NCBI GenBank assembly: GCA_913009825.1 | Contig: CAJVYQ010000008.1 | Coordinates: 14,484-78,483 of the forward strand | Length of the DNA stretch: 64,000 bases | Direction: 5' to 3' | Source of the DNA: an uncultured Deferribacteres bacterium | GTDB lineage: Bacteria > Zhuqueibacterota > JdFR-76 > DREG01 | Shown here: positions 8,920 through 20,162 of the stretch, in pieces | Position numbering within the stretch: the stretch's first letter is position 1 | Layout of the letters: each line of letters starts with the position of its first letter | Position numbers and translations under genes: made by a program | The notes under the pieces: model-generated | What the model was told of the DNA's origin: nothing | Databases searched by the model: none | Seen by the model: only the letters and a program-made list of their open reading frames with translations

Positions 8920-9867
8920 CTAACTTTCCAGAACCAATCTCCCGGATTTGTAGGGTGTTTTTTCACCTTCCAGATACAATTCCAGATTTTCTCCGATCGA
9001 TTTCACTTTGCCCGCCGCTATTTTCTCAGCGGGTTTCTGAATCTCGTCGCGCCACAAGCTGATATTCCTACCGATGACCAGCGATCGGGTCCGATAAATT
9101 TCCAGTAGTCGACGGTAATCTCCCGCCAATAATATTTGATAATTGCGGTACAGAAAAGTAAGTAGCTGCGGAAAAACCATCCCCTGGGTTATCGCGGATT
9201 TTTCGGGAACAAAATCGGCAAGCGCTGCAGCTTCAGGCACAAACGGAGTCGGCTCGATGCCGGGCGAAGCTGCAACATTTACACCTATTCCCAGAACAGC
9301 GCCGGTAACCGAATTTCCCCGGGTGAAAGTATGAGCCAAAACACCGCTCACTTTAGCATCATCGATAAAAATGTCATTCATCCATTTTATCGCCGGTTTG
9401 CCTTGCAGCCAGGGGATTGCATCCAATGTCTGCAGTACCGATACAGCCGCAACAATCATAAAACCGGAAGCGAAATTTTTAATCATTTTATTTGGCGCCA
9501 CATAAGCGGACAGATGAATGTTGCCGGATAAACTGCACCAATTTCTGTTTTGAAAACCATGAAAATTTTTCCCTGCTCCGGCAAGACAGAGAACAGCAGC
9601 GGGAATTTTTCTGTTTTGTCGCACCAAATCGATCAACACATCGTACTGAGAAGCCGGTGCATTTTCAACTAAAAACAGATATCGCCAAAATTCTGATTTT
9701 TGTTCGTTTCGAAAAACAGCTTTCCCATTAAACAGCCGGATTAAGAGGTGTAACAGGTTTTTTTCCATGCCGGAAAAATCGACAGATTTCCACGGTTTTT
9801 CTTCCGGGAAATAATTTGCGGCAAAATCGGTCTGATCGGTAAATACTTTCAATGCAGCAAAAATCAC
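8920..9867 (-). CDS. Biotin--protein ligase family protein (BPL/LplA/LipB fold) without an N-terminal HTH
   Basis: The catalytic-core motifs KWMNDIFIDDAKVSGVLAHT and GAVLGIGVNV match the BirA catalytic domain. An N-terminal extension of about 120 aa has no similarity I recognise. Confidence 0.7.
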   Translation of the reverse strand: MIFAALKVFTDQTDFAANYFPEEKPWKSVDFSGMEKNLLHLLIRLFNGKAVFRNEQKSEFWRYLFLVENAPASQYDVLIDLVRQNRKIPAAVLCLAGAGKNFHGFQNRNWCSLSGNIHLSAYVAPNKMIKNFASGFMIVAAVSVLQTLDAIPWLQGKPAIKWMNDIFIDDAKVSGVLAHTFTRGNSVTGAVLGIGVNVAASPGIEPTPFVPEAAALADFVPEKSAITQGMVFPQLLTFLYRNYQILLAGDYRRLLEIYRTRSLVIGRNISLWRDEIQKPAEKIAAGKVKSIGENLELYLEGEKTPYKSGRLVLES

Positions 9868-10018
9868 CTTTGCTAAAATAGAGTAGGTCGACAGAACCTG
9901 TGCCGACCTACATTTGTTAACAACAACGTATAAACGTTTTTTCTCTCCGGAACCGTTTTTTTTGATTTCCGTTTTAAACCGGTTGTTTTTTATTTAAGAT
10001 GAAGAATGAACAATTGCC

Positions 10019-12271
10019 CTAACCATTGCCCTGTGCATCCATAACAGTGATGGCAGCCATATTCACAATATCATTCACTTCATCACCGCGCTGCAGAACA
10101 TGCACCGGTTTTTGCAATCCCATCAAAATAGGACCGATCGCTTCCGCTTTGCCCAGATGTTCCACCAATTTGTAGGCTGTATTTCCGGATTCCAGATTCG
10201 GGAAAATCAAAACGTTTGCGCCTCCTTTCAGGGTGCTGAACGGATAAGTTTCTTCAATAATACCCGGATCGACAGCGGTGTTGGCCTGCATCTCACCATC
10301 AACCATGAGGTTGGGTCTTTGCTCATGCAATATCTCCACGGCACGCTGCACTTTTCGGCTGGATTGCTGAAGTGTGCTGCCAAAATTGGAAAAAGAAAGC
10401 ATGGCAATTCTGGGTTCCACGCCAAATCGTTCCGCTACTTCTGCGGTACAGATTGCAATTTCTGCCAATTCCTCCGCGGTGGGATCAATAATTACCGTAG
10501 TATCTGCGAAGAAGTAAACTTCATTCTCTGTCAACATGATATATAACCCGGAAACTTTTGAGATACCCGGTTTCATGCTGATAATTTGCAGCGCGGGGCG
10601 AATGGTATCCGGGTAATGACCGGTAAGTCCGGCAACCATTCCGTCCACATCACCAAACTGGACCATCATGGCGCCAAAATAATTAAGATTTTGGATCATT
10701 TTTCTGGCTTCTACTTTGGTTACGCCGTGGCGTTTGCGCAAATCATACAATTCATCGATATAAACTTCCAATTTGGTCGAATTCACCGGGTCGACAATTT
10801 CGACACCTTTCAGCTCGAGATGGAGTCTTTTTTGATTTTCACGAATTAGTTTCGGATTGCCGAGCAAGATCGGTTTGGCAATATTTTCGCTTAAAATAAT
10901 TTGTGCGGCGCGCAAAATTTTATCTTCTTCACCTTCCGGAAAAACAATTTTTTTAGGATCAGATTTAGCCCGGTTGATGATAACCCGCATAATTTCCCTG
11001 GACCGTCCCAGCTTCGCTTCCAACTCTTCTTTGTATTTATCCAGATCAATTGTTTTTCGGGCCACGCCGCTATCCATTGCCGCTTTAGCCACTGCCGGAG
11101 CTTCCCACAAAAGGACGCGCGGGTCTAACGGTTTTGGAATAATATAGTCCGGACCAAATGAGAACTGCACATTTCCATACGCCTTGATCACCGAGTCAGG
11201 GACGTCTTCCTTGGCAAGGTCTGCCAGCGCCCGAGTCGCCGCCAATTTCATCTCTTCGTTGATAAATTTTGCGCCAACATCCAGTGCGCCGCGAAAGATG
11301 AATGGAAAACCCAAAACATTATTAACCTGGTTTGGATAATCCGACCGTCCGGTTGCCATAATTACATCATCACGGGCATCTTTTGCATCCTCGTAGGAAA
11401 TCTCCGGATACGGATTGGCCATAGCCAAAATGATCGGTTTATCTGCCATCGACTTAACCATCTCTTTGGTCACTGCATCTTTTACTGAAAAACCGGCAAA
11501 CACATCGGAGTCTTTCATAGCGTCGGCGAGAGTTCTGGCATTCGTTTCCCGGACGAACTTTTCTTTATACGGATTCATTCCCGCTTCACGGCCTTTGTAG
11601 ATCACTCCTTTGGAATCACAAAGGATTAAATTTTCTTTTTTTACACCAAGTTTAATATAATAGTTTGCACAGGCAATCCCGGCCGCACCGGCGCCATTGC
11701 ATACAACCTTCACATCGCCAATGGATTTGCCGACAATTTCCAGCGCATTTAACAGACCGGCGCCGGAAATGATCGCCGTACCGTGTTGATCATCGTGAAA
11801 AACCGGAATGGACATCTCTTTCTTTAAAGTTTCCTCGATATAAAAACATTCGGGCGCTTTGATATCTTCCAGATTGATGCCGCCAAAAGTGGGTTCCAAC
11901 AGTTTACACAGTTTGATCACATCTTCCGGGTCCTCTGAATTGACTTCGATATCAAATACATCCACATCCGCAAACCGTTTGAAGAGAACCCCTTTGCCCT
12001 CCATAACCGGTTTGCCGGCAAGCGGGCCGATATTGCCAAGCCCGAGAACCGCCGTGCCATTGGAAATGACCGCCACCAAATTTCCTTTGGCAGTGTACTC
12101 AAAAGCGGCATCCGGATCGTCATGAATGACATTACAGGGAATTGCCACACCCGGCGTGTAAGCCAGGGCCAGGTCTCGCTGGGTAATACAGGGTTTTGTC
12201 GCCACTACCTCAATTTTCCCGCGCTTTTTTCCGCTGTGATAGTTCAGCGCATCTTCCTTTGTGATCAGCAT
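10019..12271 (-). CDS. maeB: NADP-dependent malic enzyme with a C-terminal phosphotransacetylase-like domain (MaeB type)
   Basis: The 750-aa product has a malic enzyme N-terminus ([60 protein letters not shown]) and a PTA-like C-terminal half. Confidence 0.9.
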   Translation of the reverse strand: MLITKEDALNYHSGKKRGKIEVVATKPCITQRDLALAYTPGVAIPCNVIHDDPDAAFEYTAKGNLVAVISNGTAVLGLGNIGPLAGKPVMEGKGVLFKRFADVDVFDIEVNSEDPEDVIKLCKLLEPTFGGINLEDIKAPECFYIEETLKKEMSIPVFHDDQHGTAIISGAGLLNALEIVGKSIGDVKVVCNGAGAAGIACANYYIKLGVKKENLILCDSKGVIYKGREAGMNPYKEKFVRETNARTLADAMKDSDVFAGFSVKDAVTKEMVKSMADKPIILAMANPYPEISYEDAKDARDDVIMATGRSDYPNQVNNVLGFPFIFRGALDVGAKFINEEMKLAATRALADLAKEDVPDSVIKAYGNVQFSFGPDYIIPKPLDPRVLLWEAPAVAKAAMDSGVARKTIDLDKYKEELEAKLGRSREIMRVIINRAKSDPKKIVFPEGEEDKILRAAQIILSENIAKPILLGNPKLIRENQKRLHLELKGVEIVDPVNSTKLEVYIDELYDLRKRHGVTKVEARKMIQNLNYFGAMMVQFGDVDGMVAGLTGHYPDTIRPALQIISMKPGISKVSGLYIMLTENEVYFFADTTVIIDPTAEELAEIAICTAEVAERFGVEPRIAMLSFSNFGSTLQQSSRKVQRAVEILHEQRPNLMVDGEMQANTAVDPGIIEETYPFSTLKGGANVLIFPNLESGNTAYKLVEHLGKAEAIGPILMGLQKPVHVLQRGDEVNDIVNMAAITVMDAQGNG

Positions 12272-12552
12272 GTTTCAATCTCCTTAAAATAAATAAAACA
12301 GATAAATTCCTTTGTTGTAACTCAACAATAAACAATTTTTCCGGTTTCATTTTATCCCCTGCGCTCCGCTCATTCCGAAACATTTTCGCCCCGGCCTTCA
12401 TTGCGGTACCTGTTTGATTATAACAGGTTCGATCTCCAAAATTGCCAGACAAACTTACGATATAACGCAAAAAAAGTCAATACGAAAACGTTGAATAATA
12501 AATCGTGTAAAAAAATATTCAGACAAACAGAAAACACGGTTACAGGCAATAA

Positions 12553-12580
12553 AAACAAAAAGTTGCCGGGTTCTCGGCTG
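12553..12580 (-). terminator. Candidate intrinsic terminator downstream of the CoA-transferase gene
   Basis: A gccgggttctcggc palindrome is followed on the minus strand by a T-rich run (aactttttgtttttatt). Confidence 0.4.
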
Positions 12581-12585
12581 GAAAT

Positions 12586-13881
12586 TCAGAGGATATTTTT
12601 CTCTGCTGCAAAACGCTCCAACTCCCCGCGAAAATTGGGATGGGCAATATTAATCAAAGCTTTCGCCCTTTCGCGCAGGCTTTTACCGTGCAGATAAGCC
12701 ACACCATATTCCGTCACCACATAATGCACATCACCACGACTGGTTACCACTCCCGCGCCTTCTTTGAGATGGGACACAATCCTGGAAAAAACGCCGTTTT
12801 TGGTCACGGAAGGAACGGCAATAATTGGTTTACCGTGTTTAGAACGGGTGGCGCCTCGAATAAAATCAACCTGTCCGCCAAAACCGGAATAGATGCGATA
12901 GCCGATGGAATCCGAACAAACTTGCCCGGACAAGTCCACTTCGATGGCGGAATTGACGGCTACCATTTTATCGTTTTGAGCCACCACGAAGGGGTCGTTG
13001 GTGTAATCGCAGGGTCTGCATTCGATCACCGGATTGTTATCGACAAAATCATACAATTCTTTGCTGCCCAAAATGAAAGTGGCAATCACCTTTCCTTTGT
13101 GCAGGGTTTTTTCAGAACCGGTAATGATTCCGGATTCGATAGCGTCCATAATGCCGTCCGACGCCATCTCCGAATGAATGCCGAGATTCTTTTTATCTTT
13201 CAGGAAAAACAGGGTAGCGTTGGGAATTCCGCCAATCCCCAACTGCAATGTGGCACCGTCTTCGATCAGGTCTGCAATATATTTTCCGATTTTCTTTTCC
13301 ACATCGGTGAATTCACCTAATTTCAACTCCGGTAATTCTTCCGAGACCTCTACAATCCGGTCGACGCGGGAAACATGGACAAAAGAATCGCCGAGGACGC
13401 GGGGCATATTTTCATTTACCTGGGCGATGACAAATTTAGCATTTTCCACCGCGGCTTTGGTGCACAACGTTTCCACACCATAAGAGAGGAAACCGTGTTC
13501 ATCCGGCGGCGACGTATGGATGACAGCCACATCGATTGGCTGTTCGCCGCTGTGAAACAGGTTTGGGATTTCATACAGGAAGATAGGCACATAATCCGCG
13601 CGCCCTTCATTTACCGCCCGGCGATCCGCCGGGCCGACAAAAAGAGAACGATGGCGAAAATGTCCTTCCATCCCGGGGGCAGAGAGCGGATCGCTGCCAA
13701 GGAGCAGTACATGAATCATCTCCACCTCTTCCAATTCATCTTTTCGGGCCGCCAGCGCATTCAGCACCACATAAGCAGTGGCGGCATTGCCGGAAATATA
13801 GACACGATCATGACTTTTGATCTCCAAAGCCGCTTTTCCCGGGGTTACAACTTTGCTCCGATATTGCTCAATCCAGCGCAT
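12586..13881 (-). CDS. Acetyl-CoA hydrolase/transferase family protein (succinyl-CoA:acetate or 4-hydroxybutyrate CoA-transferase-like)
   Basis: The 431-aa product carries family motifs across its length (HDRVYISGNAATAY ... GIGGIPNA ... SGFGGQVDFIRGA). Confidence 0.8.
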   Translation of the reverse strand: MRWIEQYRSKVVTPGKAALEIKSHDRVYISGNAATAYVVLNALAARKDELEEVEMIHVLLLGSDPLSAPGMEGHFRHRSLFVGPADRRAVNEGRADYVPIFLYEIPNLFHSGEQPIDVAVIHTSPPDEHGFLSYGVETLCTKAAVENAKFVIAQVNENMPRVLGDSFVHVSRVDRIVEVSEELPELKLGEFTDVEKKIGKYIADLIEDGATLQLGIGGIPNATLFFLKDKKNLGIHSEMASDGIMDAIESGIITGSEKTLHKGKVIATFILGSKELYDFVDNNPVIECRPCDYTNDPFVVAQNDKMVAVNSAIEVDLSGQVCSDSIGYRIYSGFGGQVDFIRGATRSKHGKPIIAVPSVTKNGVFSRIVSHLKEGAGVVTSRGDVHYVVTEYGVAYLHGKSLRERAKALINIAHPNFRGELERFAAEKNIL

Positions 13882-13896
13882 AGTATAATTTTCCTG

Positions 13897-15018
13897 TTAC
13901 ACTTCCAGAGACGATTCTAACTGCACAAAAGGCAGCCCGAAACCTTCGGCTAAATGAATTTTGGTGCATCCGCCATTATGTGTATAAACTCCCCGGGCAA
14001 GCGTTTTATTCATTTGCAGCGCTTTTTGAATACTCAAATTGGCAATATCACGCAAAAATGGCAGCATCGCGTTGCTCATCGCATAAGTTGCGGTGCGGGC
14101 GACGGCAGAAGGCATATTGGGCAGGCAGTAATGGATCACATTTTCTTCGATGAAAACCGGATCCATGATGGTGGTAGGCCGTGATGTTTCCACACATCCT
14201 CCCTGGTCGATGGCCAGATCGATGATCAAAGACTTGGGACGCATGGATTTGACCATCTGTCGTGTCACCAACGTGGGTGTCCGTTCACCGGGAACCAGCA
14301 CCGCACCAATCAGGACATCGGCAAATTTTACAGCTTTTTCGATATAATATTCATTAGAAACTGCGGTAAAAACCCGTCGCTGCAGATTCTGCCTGATCCG
14401 GCGTAATTTATTGATATTGTGGTCTAAAATGATCACCTGCGCACCGAGACTTGTGGCGGCATAAGCGGCAGATGTGCCGGCCACACCGGCGCCCAAAATA
14501 ACAACAATGCCGGGAGGAACTCCGGGAACACCGCCCAACAGAATACCGCGGCCGCCGCGGTTGGTCTGCAGATACTGGGAAGCAACCTGAATAGCCAATT
14601 GACCGGCAATTTCACTCATGGGAACCACAACAGGCAAACTGCCATTATCTTCCTCGATGATCTCTACACCAATCGCGGTGATCTTTTTTTTCAGTAATAT
14701 TTCCACCCATTTTTTGCGCGCTACCGCCAAATGCAAAGGACTGAAAATGATCTGTTCCGGCTGCATCAACTCATAATCCTGCGCTTTTGGCGGCGCCACT
14801 TTTACAACAAGATTGGCCCGCCCATAAATCTCTTCGTTAGTATAAACGATCCGGGCGCCAACCCTTTGGTAATCTTCATCGCTGAAACGGCTTACATCTC
14901 CGGCACCGGCCTCAATAAAGACGGCATGCCCCGCTTTTAACAAAACTTTGGCATTGGCCGGAGTTATGGCAACCCTGCCCTCAAAAACGTGATTTTCTTT
15001 TACAATTCCAATATTCAT
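13897..15018 (-). CDS. ald: Alanine dehydrogenase
   Basis: The 373-aa product aligns end to end with bacterial Ald (VKENHVFEGRVAITP, GGRGILLGGVPGVPPG, GAGVAGTSAA, PGERTPTLVTRQMVKSMRPKSLIIDLAIDQGGCVETS). A PntA-alpha paralogue is less likely at this length. Confidence 0.85.
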   Translation of the reverse strand: MNIGIVKENHVFEGRVAITPANAKVLLKAGHAVFIEAGAGDVSRFSDEDYQRVGARIVYTNEEIYGRANLVVKVAPPKAQDYELMQPEQIIFSPLHLAVARKKWVEILLKKKITAIGVEIIEEDNGSLPVVVPMSEIAGQLAIQVASQYLQTNRGGRGILLGGVPGVPPGIVVILGAGVAGTSAAYAATSLGAQVIILDHNINKLRRIRQNLQRRVFTAVSNEYYIEKAVKFADVLIGAVLVPGERTPTLVTRQMVKSMRPKSLIIDLAIDQGGCVETSRPTTIMDPVFIEENVIHYCLPNMPSAVARTATYAMSNAMLPFLRDIANLSIQKALQMNKTLARGVYTHNGGCTKIHLAEGFGLPFVQLESSLEV

Positions 15019-15029
15019 AAACAGATACT

Positions 15030-15401
15030 TTATGCAAGCAATTCGTTTATTTTTGATTTTAATTCGCTTACATCGGACGATTTTACAATGTACGCGTCGG
15101 CCAGCCAGGAGCTAAAATCATCTTTGTAATTGGCAAATGCAGTATTGATGATCACTTTCAAATCGCGATTTTTTAATAACATCTCTTCCAATGTTTCCAG
15201 GCCATTCATACCTGTCAGACGGATATCCAGCACAACCAGATCTATTTTTTCATCGTTTAAAACGGTCAAGGCCTCCTCACCGGACTCCACAGTAATCACA
15301 TCGTAATTGGGTTCACTTATTTCCTGTTTGTACAAAATGCGGAGATTTTCTTCGTCCTCAACAATTAATATTTTTTTCATTGTTCTCTCCTTATCAAACA
15401 A
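15030..15401 (-). CDS. Single-domain response regulator (CheY-like receiver)
   Basis: The 123-aa product has the receiver motifs ILIVEDEENL, DLVVLDIRLTGMNGLE and INTAFANYKD. Confidence 0.85.
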   Translation of the reverse strand: MFDKERTMKKILIVEDEENLRILYKQEISEPNYDVITVESGEEALTVLNDEKIDLVVLDIRLTGMNGLETLEEMLLKNRDLKVIINTAFANYKDDFSSWLADAYIVKSSDVSELKSKINELLA

Positions 15402-15419
15402 TCAAATATTTTTTCAAAC

Positions 15420-15604
15420 GTTACTACTCAGGCATGCTTGTTGTTGGATGTACGGGAAGCCTTCGACTGAGTTTATCCTGAGCTTGACGAAGGGCTCAGG
15501 CCGGATTTAATAGCCATGCTAAGCGCCTGCCTGCTGCGGGCAGGGAGTCGAAGCGTGATTGCAGTTAATTTTTTATGCATACCTGAGTAGTTACTTTCAG
15601 ATTT
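15420..15604. repeat. Family-4 MITE-like element (185 bp) lying 19 bp upstream of the response-regulator start codon
   Basis: The TIR gttactactcaggcatgc (15420-15437) pairs with gcatacctgagtagttac (15587-15604). The internal sequence is related to the 8117-8397 copy and contains the hairpin gcctgcctgctgcgggcaggg. Confidence 0.8.
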
Positions 15605-15708
15605 TATTTTTGTTCAATCGGTCAAATTCTGCCGGCCGGGGTTAAAAGACATTTTCACAGCATTTATCTATGCCATTTGTTAGTTTTTAACCAAGCGTTT
15701 TGGGGGGT

Positions 15709-15957
15709 TCAGGCGACAAAAAAGCAGAAAGCCAAACTTGTAGAACAGAAGAAACCTGAACATAAAACCGTATTAAAAAGAATGATCATGGCCATAAAAA
15801 TGAAAATGCCACAGTGATTTATTAACCTTCTGCAGGCTTTCACGATAAAAATATTGCTTAAAAACAGACTCAATCCGCCACATCCCGAACAGATCATCAG
15901 AAATCGCGTCGGCAACGAATCATGGATAAAATTACGATTTGCCCGAGAAAATGTCAA
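15709..15957 (-). CDS. Hypothetical small hydrophobic protein (2-3 predicted TM helices)
   Basis: The 82-aa ORF is very hydrophobic and Cys/Phe-rich. It has no homolog I recognise and could be non-coding. Confidence 0.3.
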   Translation of the reverse strand: MTFSRANRNFIHDSLPTRFLMICSGCGGLSLFLSNIFIVKACRRLINHCGIFIFMAMIILFNTVLCSGFFCSTSLAFCFFVA

Positions 15958-15992
15958 GTTAAATTCAAAATATTGCAGTAACTTAAAAATTT

Positions 15993-16028
15993 AAAAAAAA
16001 ACTCCCCGGCCCGGTAAACGGAGGGGAG
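15993..16028 (-). terminator. Intrinsic terminator downstream of the acyl-CoA dehydrogenase gene
   Basis: The stem ctcccc...ggggag (16002-16028) is followed on the minus strand by eight T residues (aaaaaaaa on the plus strand at 15993-16000). Confidence 0.6.
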
Positions 16029-16052
16029 TTTAAAAAAGGAAAGCGTGCAGTT

Positions 16053-17207
16053 CTAAATATATGCACCTTTTTTGATCAGATGACGGCCGATTACCAATCG
16101 TTGAATCTGATTGGTACCTTCGTAAATCTGTGTAATCTTTGCATCCCGGAAATATTTTTCGATGGGATAATCTCGCATATAACCGTAGCCGCCGAAAAGC
16201 TGCAAGGCATCGGTAGTCACCCTCATAGCCGTATCGGCCGCGAACAGCTTACACATGGCCGATTCCCGTGCCACATCTTTGACGCCGGAATCGATCATTC
16301 TGGCAGCCTGATAAACCAATGCGCGGGCAGCTTCCACCTGGGTGGCCATGTCGGCCAACATGAATTGTATCGCTTCCATGGAGGCGATGGTCTGTCCGAA
16401 CTGTTCGCGCTCTTTGGTGTAATCCAATGCCAGCTCCAACGCACCCTGGGCAATACCCAGCGCCTGCGCAGCAACACCGGGACGTGATTTATCCAAAGTT
16501 TGCATGGCAACTTTAAATCCCAGCCCTTCCCGGCTAAGTATCTGATCTTTATGAACACGGCAATCTTCAAAAATTACTTCGCTGGTTGCAGAAGCCCGAA
16601 TGCCTAATTTATCCTCTTTTTTTCCGTATTTTAAGCCGGGCATTCCATCCTCTACGATGAAGCCGGTTTGACCGCGCACACTTCTTGCCGGATCTGTCGT
16701 TGCAAAAACGGTGTACAATTTTGCCACACCACCATTGGTAATAAAATGCTTCACACCGTTCAAGACATAATAATCACCGTCACGAATGGCTTTGGTTTTC
16801 AAACTTGCCGCATCGGATCCGGCGGCAGGTTCAGTCAAACAAAAACCGGCTAAGTATTTTCCGTCCGCCAAATCGGGCAGATATTTCTGTTTCTGCGCTT
16901 CATTGCCACTCAACAAAATAGGAAATGTGGCCAGAGCGGTTGCAGCCAGAGAGAGAGAAATACCGCCGCATGCCCGGGACAGTTCCTCAACGGCAACGAC
17001 CAGGTCCATCACATCACCGCCCAAACCGCCGTATTTTTCGGGGATGTAAATCCTGAAAAAATCCAGATCGGCAAACATTTTTACGATATCCCAGGGAAAT
17101 TTGTCGCCTTTGTCATATTCGGCGGCAACAGGTCTAATTTTTTCTTCAGCAATTTTGTGCGCTAACTCTTTTAACATCTGTTGTTGTTCAGTCAGAAAAT
17201 ACTCCAT
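16053..17207 (-). CDS. Acyl-CoA dehydrogenase (short/medium-chain, butyryl-CoA dehydrogenase-like)
   Basis: The 384-aa product has the ACAD signatures (GFCLTEPAAGSDAASLKTKA ... YEGTNQIQRLVIGRHLIK). Confidence 0.9.
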   Translation of the reverse strand: MEYFLTEQQQMLKELAHKIAEEKIRPVAAEYDKGDKFPWDIVKMFADLDFFRIYIPEKYGGLGGDVMDLVVAVEELSRACGGISLSLAATALATFPILLSGNEAQKQKYLPDLADGKYLAGFCLTEPAAGSDAASLKTKAIRDGDYYVLNGVKHFITNGGVAKLYTVFATTDPARSVRGQTGFIVEDGMPGLKYGKKEDKLGIRASATSEVIFEDCRVHKDQILSREGLGFKVAMQTLDKSRPGVAAQALGIAQGALELALDYTKEREQFGQTIASMEAIQFMLADMATQVEAARALVYQAARMIDSGVKDVARESAMCKLFAADTAMRVTTDALQLFGGYGYMRDYPIEKYFRDAKITQIYEGTNQIQRLVIGRHLIKKGAYI

Positions 17208-17307
17208 AATTCCTCCACCTTAACTTATCATTTTTTTTCTTGAACCGTTTCCTTAATTATTGTTTCGTATTTATTATCTGATCTTGATCAGAAACAGAAT
17301 CCTGAAT

Positions 17308-18069
17308 CTAATGATCTTTTTGCTCTCCGTTCATGTTTTCCAACGCGTCATGAGCGGCATTTTGTTCTGCCATTTTTTTATTCTTTCCCCTGCCAATGCC
17401 CACTATTTTGCCGTGGACGCGGACAGCTACTTCAAATACTTTTCTGTGTTCAGGCCCGGTTTCGGTTTTCACCTCGTAAGACGGAAGTCCCAGACCATGC
17501 GCCTGCGTTGATTCCAACAATTGACTTTTATAATTTTTATCCAGCTCCCGCAGCAAGATTCCTTTAAACTGACCGAGAAGAAGTTTATGGATCACCGCTT
17601 TCGCAGCGATATATCCACCGTCCAGATAAACAGCGCCCAACACTGCCTCGAAAGCGTTGGATATAATGGAATGGCGCCTGCGTCCGCCGGAACGATCTTC
17701 ACCCGGTCCTAAAAACAGATATTTACCAAGATCGATCTTTCTGCCAATCTTTCCCAACGTTTTCCGGCTGACCAAAATGGATTTATACTCGGTTAGCACA
17801 CCTTCCGATTTTTCCGGAAACAGTTTGAACAAATATTCCGTTACCACCAAACCCAGGGCCGCATCACCAAGGAATTCCAATCTTTCATTTGTCCGGATGC
17901 GATCTTCCCCGGTAACGGAAAGATAAGAGCAATGCACCAGAGAAAGTTCCAGATAGCCGGGATCTTTGAACCGGTATCCCAGCTTCTTTTCCAATTCCGG
18001 TAATCTTTTGTCGTCTTGTCCCCGGTGAACAGAAAAGATTTTCCTGATCGATTGCCAGCTTATTCTCAT
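17308..18069 (-). CDS. rnc: Ribonuclease III
   Basis: It has the RNase III signature ERLEFLGDAALGLVVTEYLF and a C-terminal dsRBD (GPEHRKVFEVAVRVHGKIVGIGRGKNKKMAEQNAAHDALE). Confidence 0.93.
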   Translation of the reverse strand: MRISWQSIRKIFSVHRGQDDKRLPELEKKLGYRFKDPGYLELSLVHCSYLSVTGEDRIRTNERLEFLGDAALGLVVTEYLFKLFPEKSEGVLTEYKSILVSRKTLGKIGRKIDLGKYLFLGPGEDRSGGRRRHSIISNAFEAVLGAVYLDGGYIAAKAVIHKLLLGQFKGILLRELDKNYKSQLLESTQAHGLGLPSYEVKTETGPEHRKVFEVAVRVHGKIVGIGRGKNKKMAEQNAAHDALENMNGEQKDH

Positions 18070-18089
18070 TTAAAATGCAATCATTTTCC

Positions 18090-19331
18090 CTATTCTCTGA
18101 ACCGCTCGATAATCAAACTTGCATTATGACCGCCAAACCCGAAAGAATTGGAGATCGTTGCATTAATCTCTTTCTCCACGGCAACATTGGGGGTTACGTT
18201 CAAATCACATTCGGGATCTGGAGTTTCATAATTAATTGTAGGCGGAATAACATTATGTTGAATTGCCAGGGTGCAAACAATGCTCTCCACGGCGCCTGCT
18301 GCACCCAACAGGTGGCCTGTCATGGATTTGGTGGAACTGATAGCTATATTGTTCAGTTCATCGCCAAATACGCGTTTGATCGCCATGCTCTCAATTTTAT
18401 CATTGAAATGAGTTGAAGTGCCGTGTGCGTTAATATAATCGATATCAGCCGGTTGCAATCCGGCATCCCGCAAGGCAAGCTTCATCACGTTGGTAGCGCC
18501 ATCGCCTTTTTCATCCGGTGATGTAATATGATAAGCATCTGCAGTATACCCAAGGCCGGTGGCTTCCGCATAAATTTTTGCGCCGCGTTTTCTGGCGTGC
18601 TCCAACTCTTCCAGAACCAAAATACCGCCGCCTTCACCCATTACAAATCCGTCTCTATCGGCATCAAAGGGACGACTGGCTTTTTCAGGTTCGCTGTTTC
18701 GTTCCGAAAGGGCTTTCATGTTGTTAAAACCGGCCAGTCCCATGGGCGTAACCGGGGCTTCACTACCTCCGGCGATCATAATATCGGCGTCGCCATATTG
18801 GATGGAACGAACCGAATTACCAATGGAATGTGCACTGGTGGCACACGCAGAAGTAGTCGCATAGTTAGGACCTTTCAGACCGTAGATGATTGAAATGTAG
18901 CCCGGGGCAATATCGGAAATCATCATGGGAATGAAAAACGGGCTTACCCGCGATGGCCCTTTGCGGAAATACTTGCCAAACTCACGCTCGAACGTCACCA
19001 TCCCGCCAATTCCGGAGCCGACAATTACACCGATTCTGGTGCGGTCTTCCCGGTCAAAATCCAACCCGGAATCCTCGATGGCTAATTGGGCAGCCGCAAC
19101 GGCATATTGTGTAAAATCACACATCCGCCGCACCTGTTTTTTTTCGATATAATTCACCGGATCAAAATTTTTCAATTCACCGGCCATTTTGGATACATGG
19201 TCTCTGGTATCGAACCGGGTAATCGGAAAAATTCCGTTTTTTCCGTTTTTAAGAGAATCCCAAATATCATCTATGGTCAGGCCGATCGGGGTTACTGCTC
19301 CCATGCCAGTAATCACAACTCGACGTTTCAT
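18090..19331 (-). CDS. fabF: 3-oxoacyl-ACP synthase II
   Basis: The KAS II active-site regions are present (ATTSACATSAHSIG, HGTSTHFND, GHLLGAAGAVE). The probable start is MKRRVVITGMG at 19331; the track extends to 19361. Confidence 0.93.
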   Translation of the reverse strand: MKRRVVITGMGAVTPIGLTIDDIWDSLKNGKNGIFPITRFDTRDHVSKMAGELKNFDPVNYIEKKQVRRMCDFTQYAVAAAQLAIEDSGLDFDREDRTRIGVIVGSGIGGMVTFEREFGKYFRKGPSRVSPFFIPMMISDIAPGYISIIYGLKGPNYATTSACATSAHSIGNSVRSIQYGDADIMIAGGSEAPVTPMGLAGFNNMKALSERNSEPEKASRPFDADRDGFVMGEGGGILVLEELEHARKRGAKIYAEATGLGYTADAYHITSPDEKGDGATNVMKLALRDAGLQPADIDYINAHGTSTHFNDKIESMAIKRVFGDELNNIAISSTKSMTGHLLGAAGAVESIVCTLAIQHNVIPPTINYETPDPECDLNVTPNVAVEKEINATISNSFGFGGHNASLIIERFRE

Positions 19332-20046
19332 CATAAAACTCCTATCTTGTCCATAATACACAATAAAATAAAGTTAAAATCTCCCATCGATAAACCGGTG
19401 GGTGACTGTAACAATTTTATTACCTCCTGAAGTAAGCGATTGCAGTCTCATTCGCCGAATCGACATACCGGCTAAGAAGCAGCGACTTACAAAACCTTCG
19501 GCTCATAAACCGAAGACAGGACTTGCGAAATACATTTGCCGGTTCTAATATCGCTGCCTTAAAACCAAACGAATCAACACAGAGATATGAATAACGCTAA
19601 ATTCAACGGTGTGATGAATCCCAAAGGAAAAATCAAACTATTTGACCCGAGATTTCTCCATTCTCTCTCCTCAATCCGGAATGACATCGATGAAAATTTT
19701 TGAAGGGAGAATAGTTACGGTTTTAGTCTTTTCGCAACATCCGCTATGTTGATGTAGCCCTGAAATAAATTTGGCAATTTCGGGTAAATTTCCCGGTGAG
19801 TAACAAATAGAATCATGCCTATAATTGACACCAAATGATTAGAATAAGTAATCAAAAACCTCTGGGAATATTTGCATTTCCTATGCGGTTTTGTTTTAGC
19901 TTTGCAGCCACGTGTGCATTTCTTCACCGGCCATTAACGGGATTGAACAAAAGTTAAGCACAAAACGAAACCCGGGAAAACCGGTATATTCCCTGCTAAT
20001 TTTTACAACCACATTTATATACAACAATTTCCAAGAAGTACCCGAT

Positions 20047-20154
20047 AATTAGCGTCTGACCGAAAACTCTGAAAAACAGTAAAAAACGTCATTCCTGCTG
20101 TGCCCGAGGCAGGCGGGAATGACGGAAAAGTGGGGTTTTCGTTCAGGCACTATT
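20047..20154. repeat. Family-3 MITE-like element (AATTAGYGTCTGA termini with an internal GTCATTCC...GGAATGAC hairpin)
   Basis: The left terminus aattagcgtctgaccgaaaactc and the hairpin gtcattcctgctgtgcccgaggcaggcgggaatgac are present, with a degenerate right terminus gttcaggcactatt. A paralogous copy lies at 54993-55100. Confidence 0.65.
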
Positions 20155-20162
20155 TACAGCAA

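Noticed and set aside
19715-19927. Tracked 70-aa ORF in the fabF-acpP spacer
   Set aside because: It is Lys/Cys/Arg-rich and low-complexity, with no ribosome-binding site or homolog. The region is otherwise repeat sequence.
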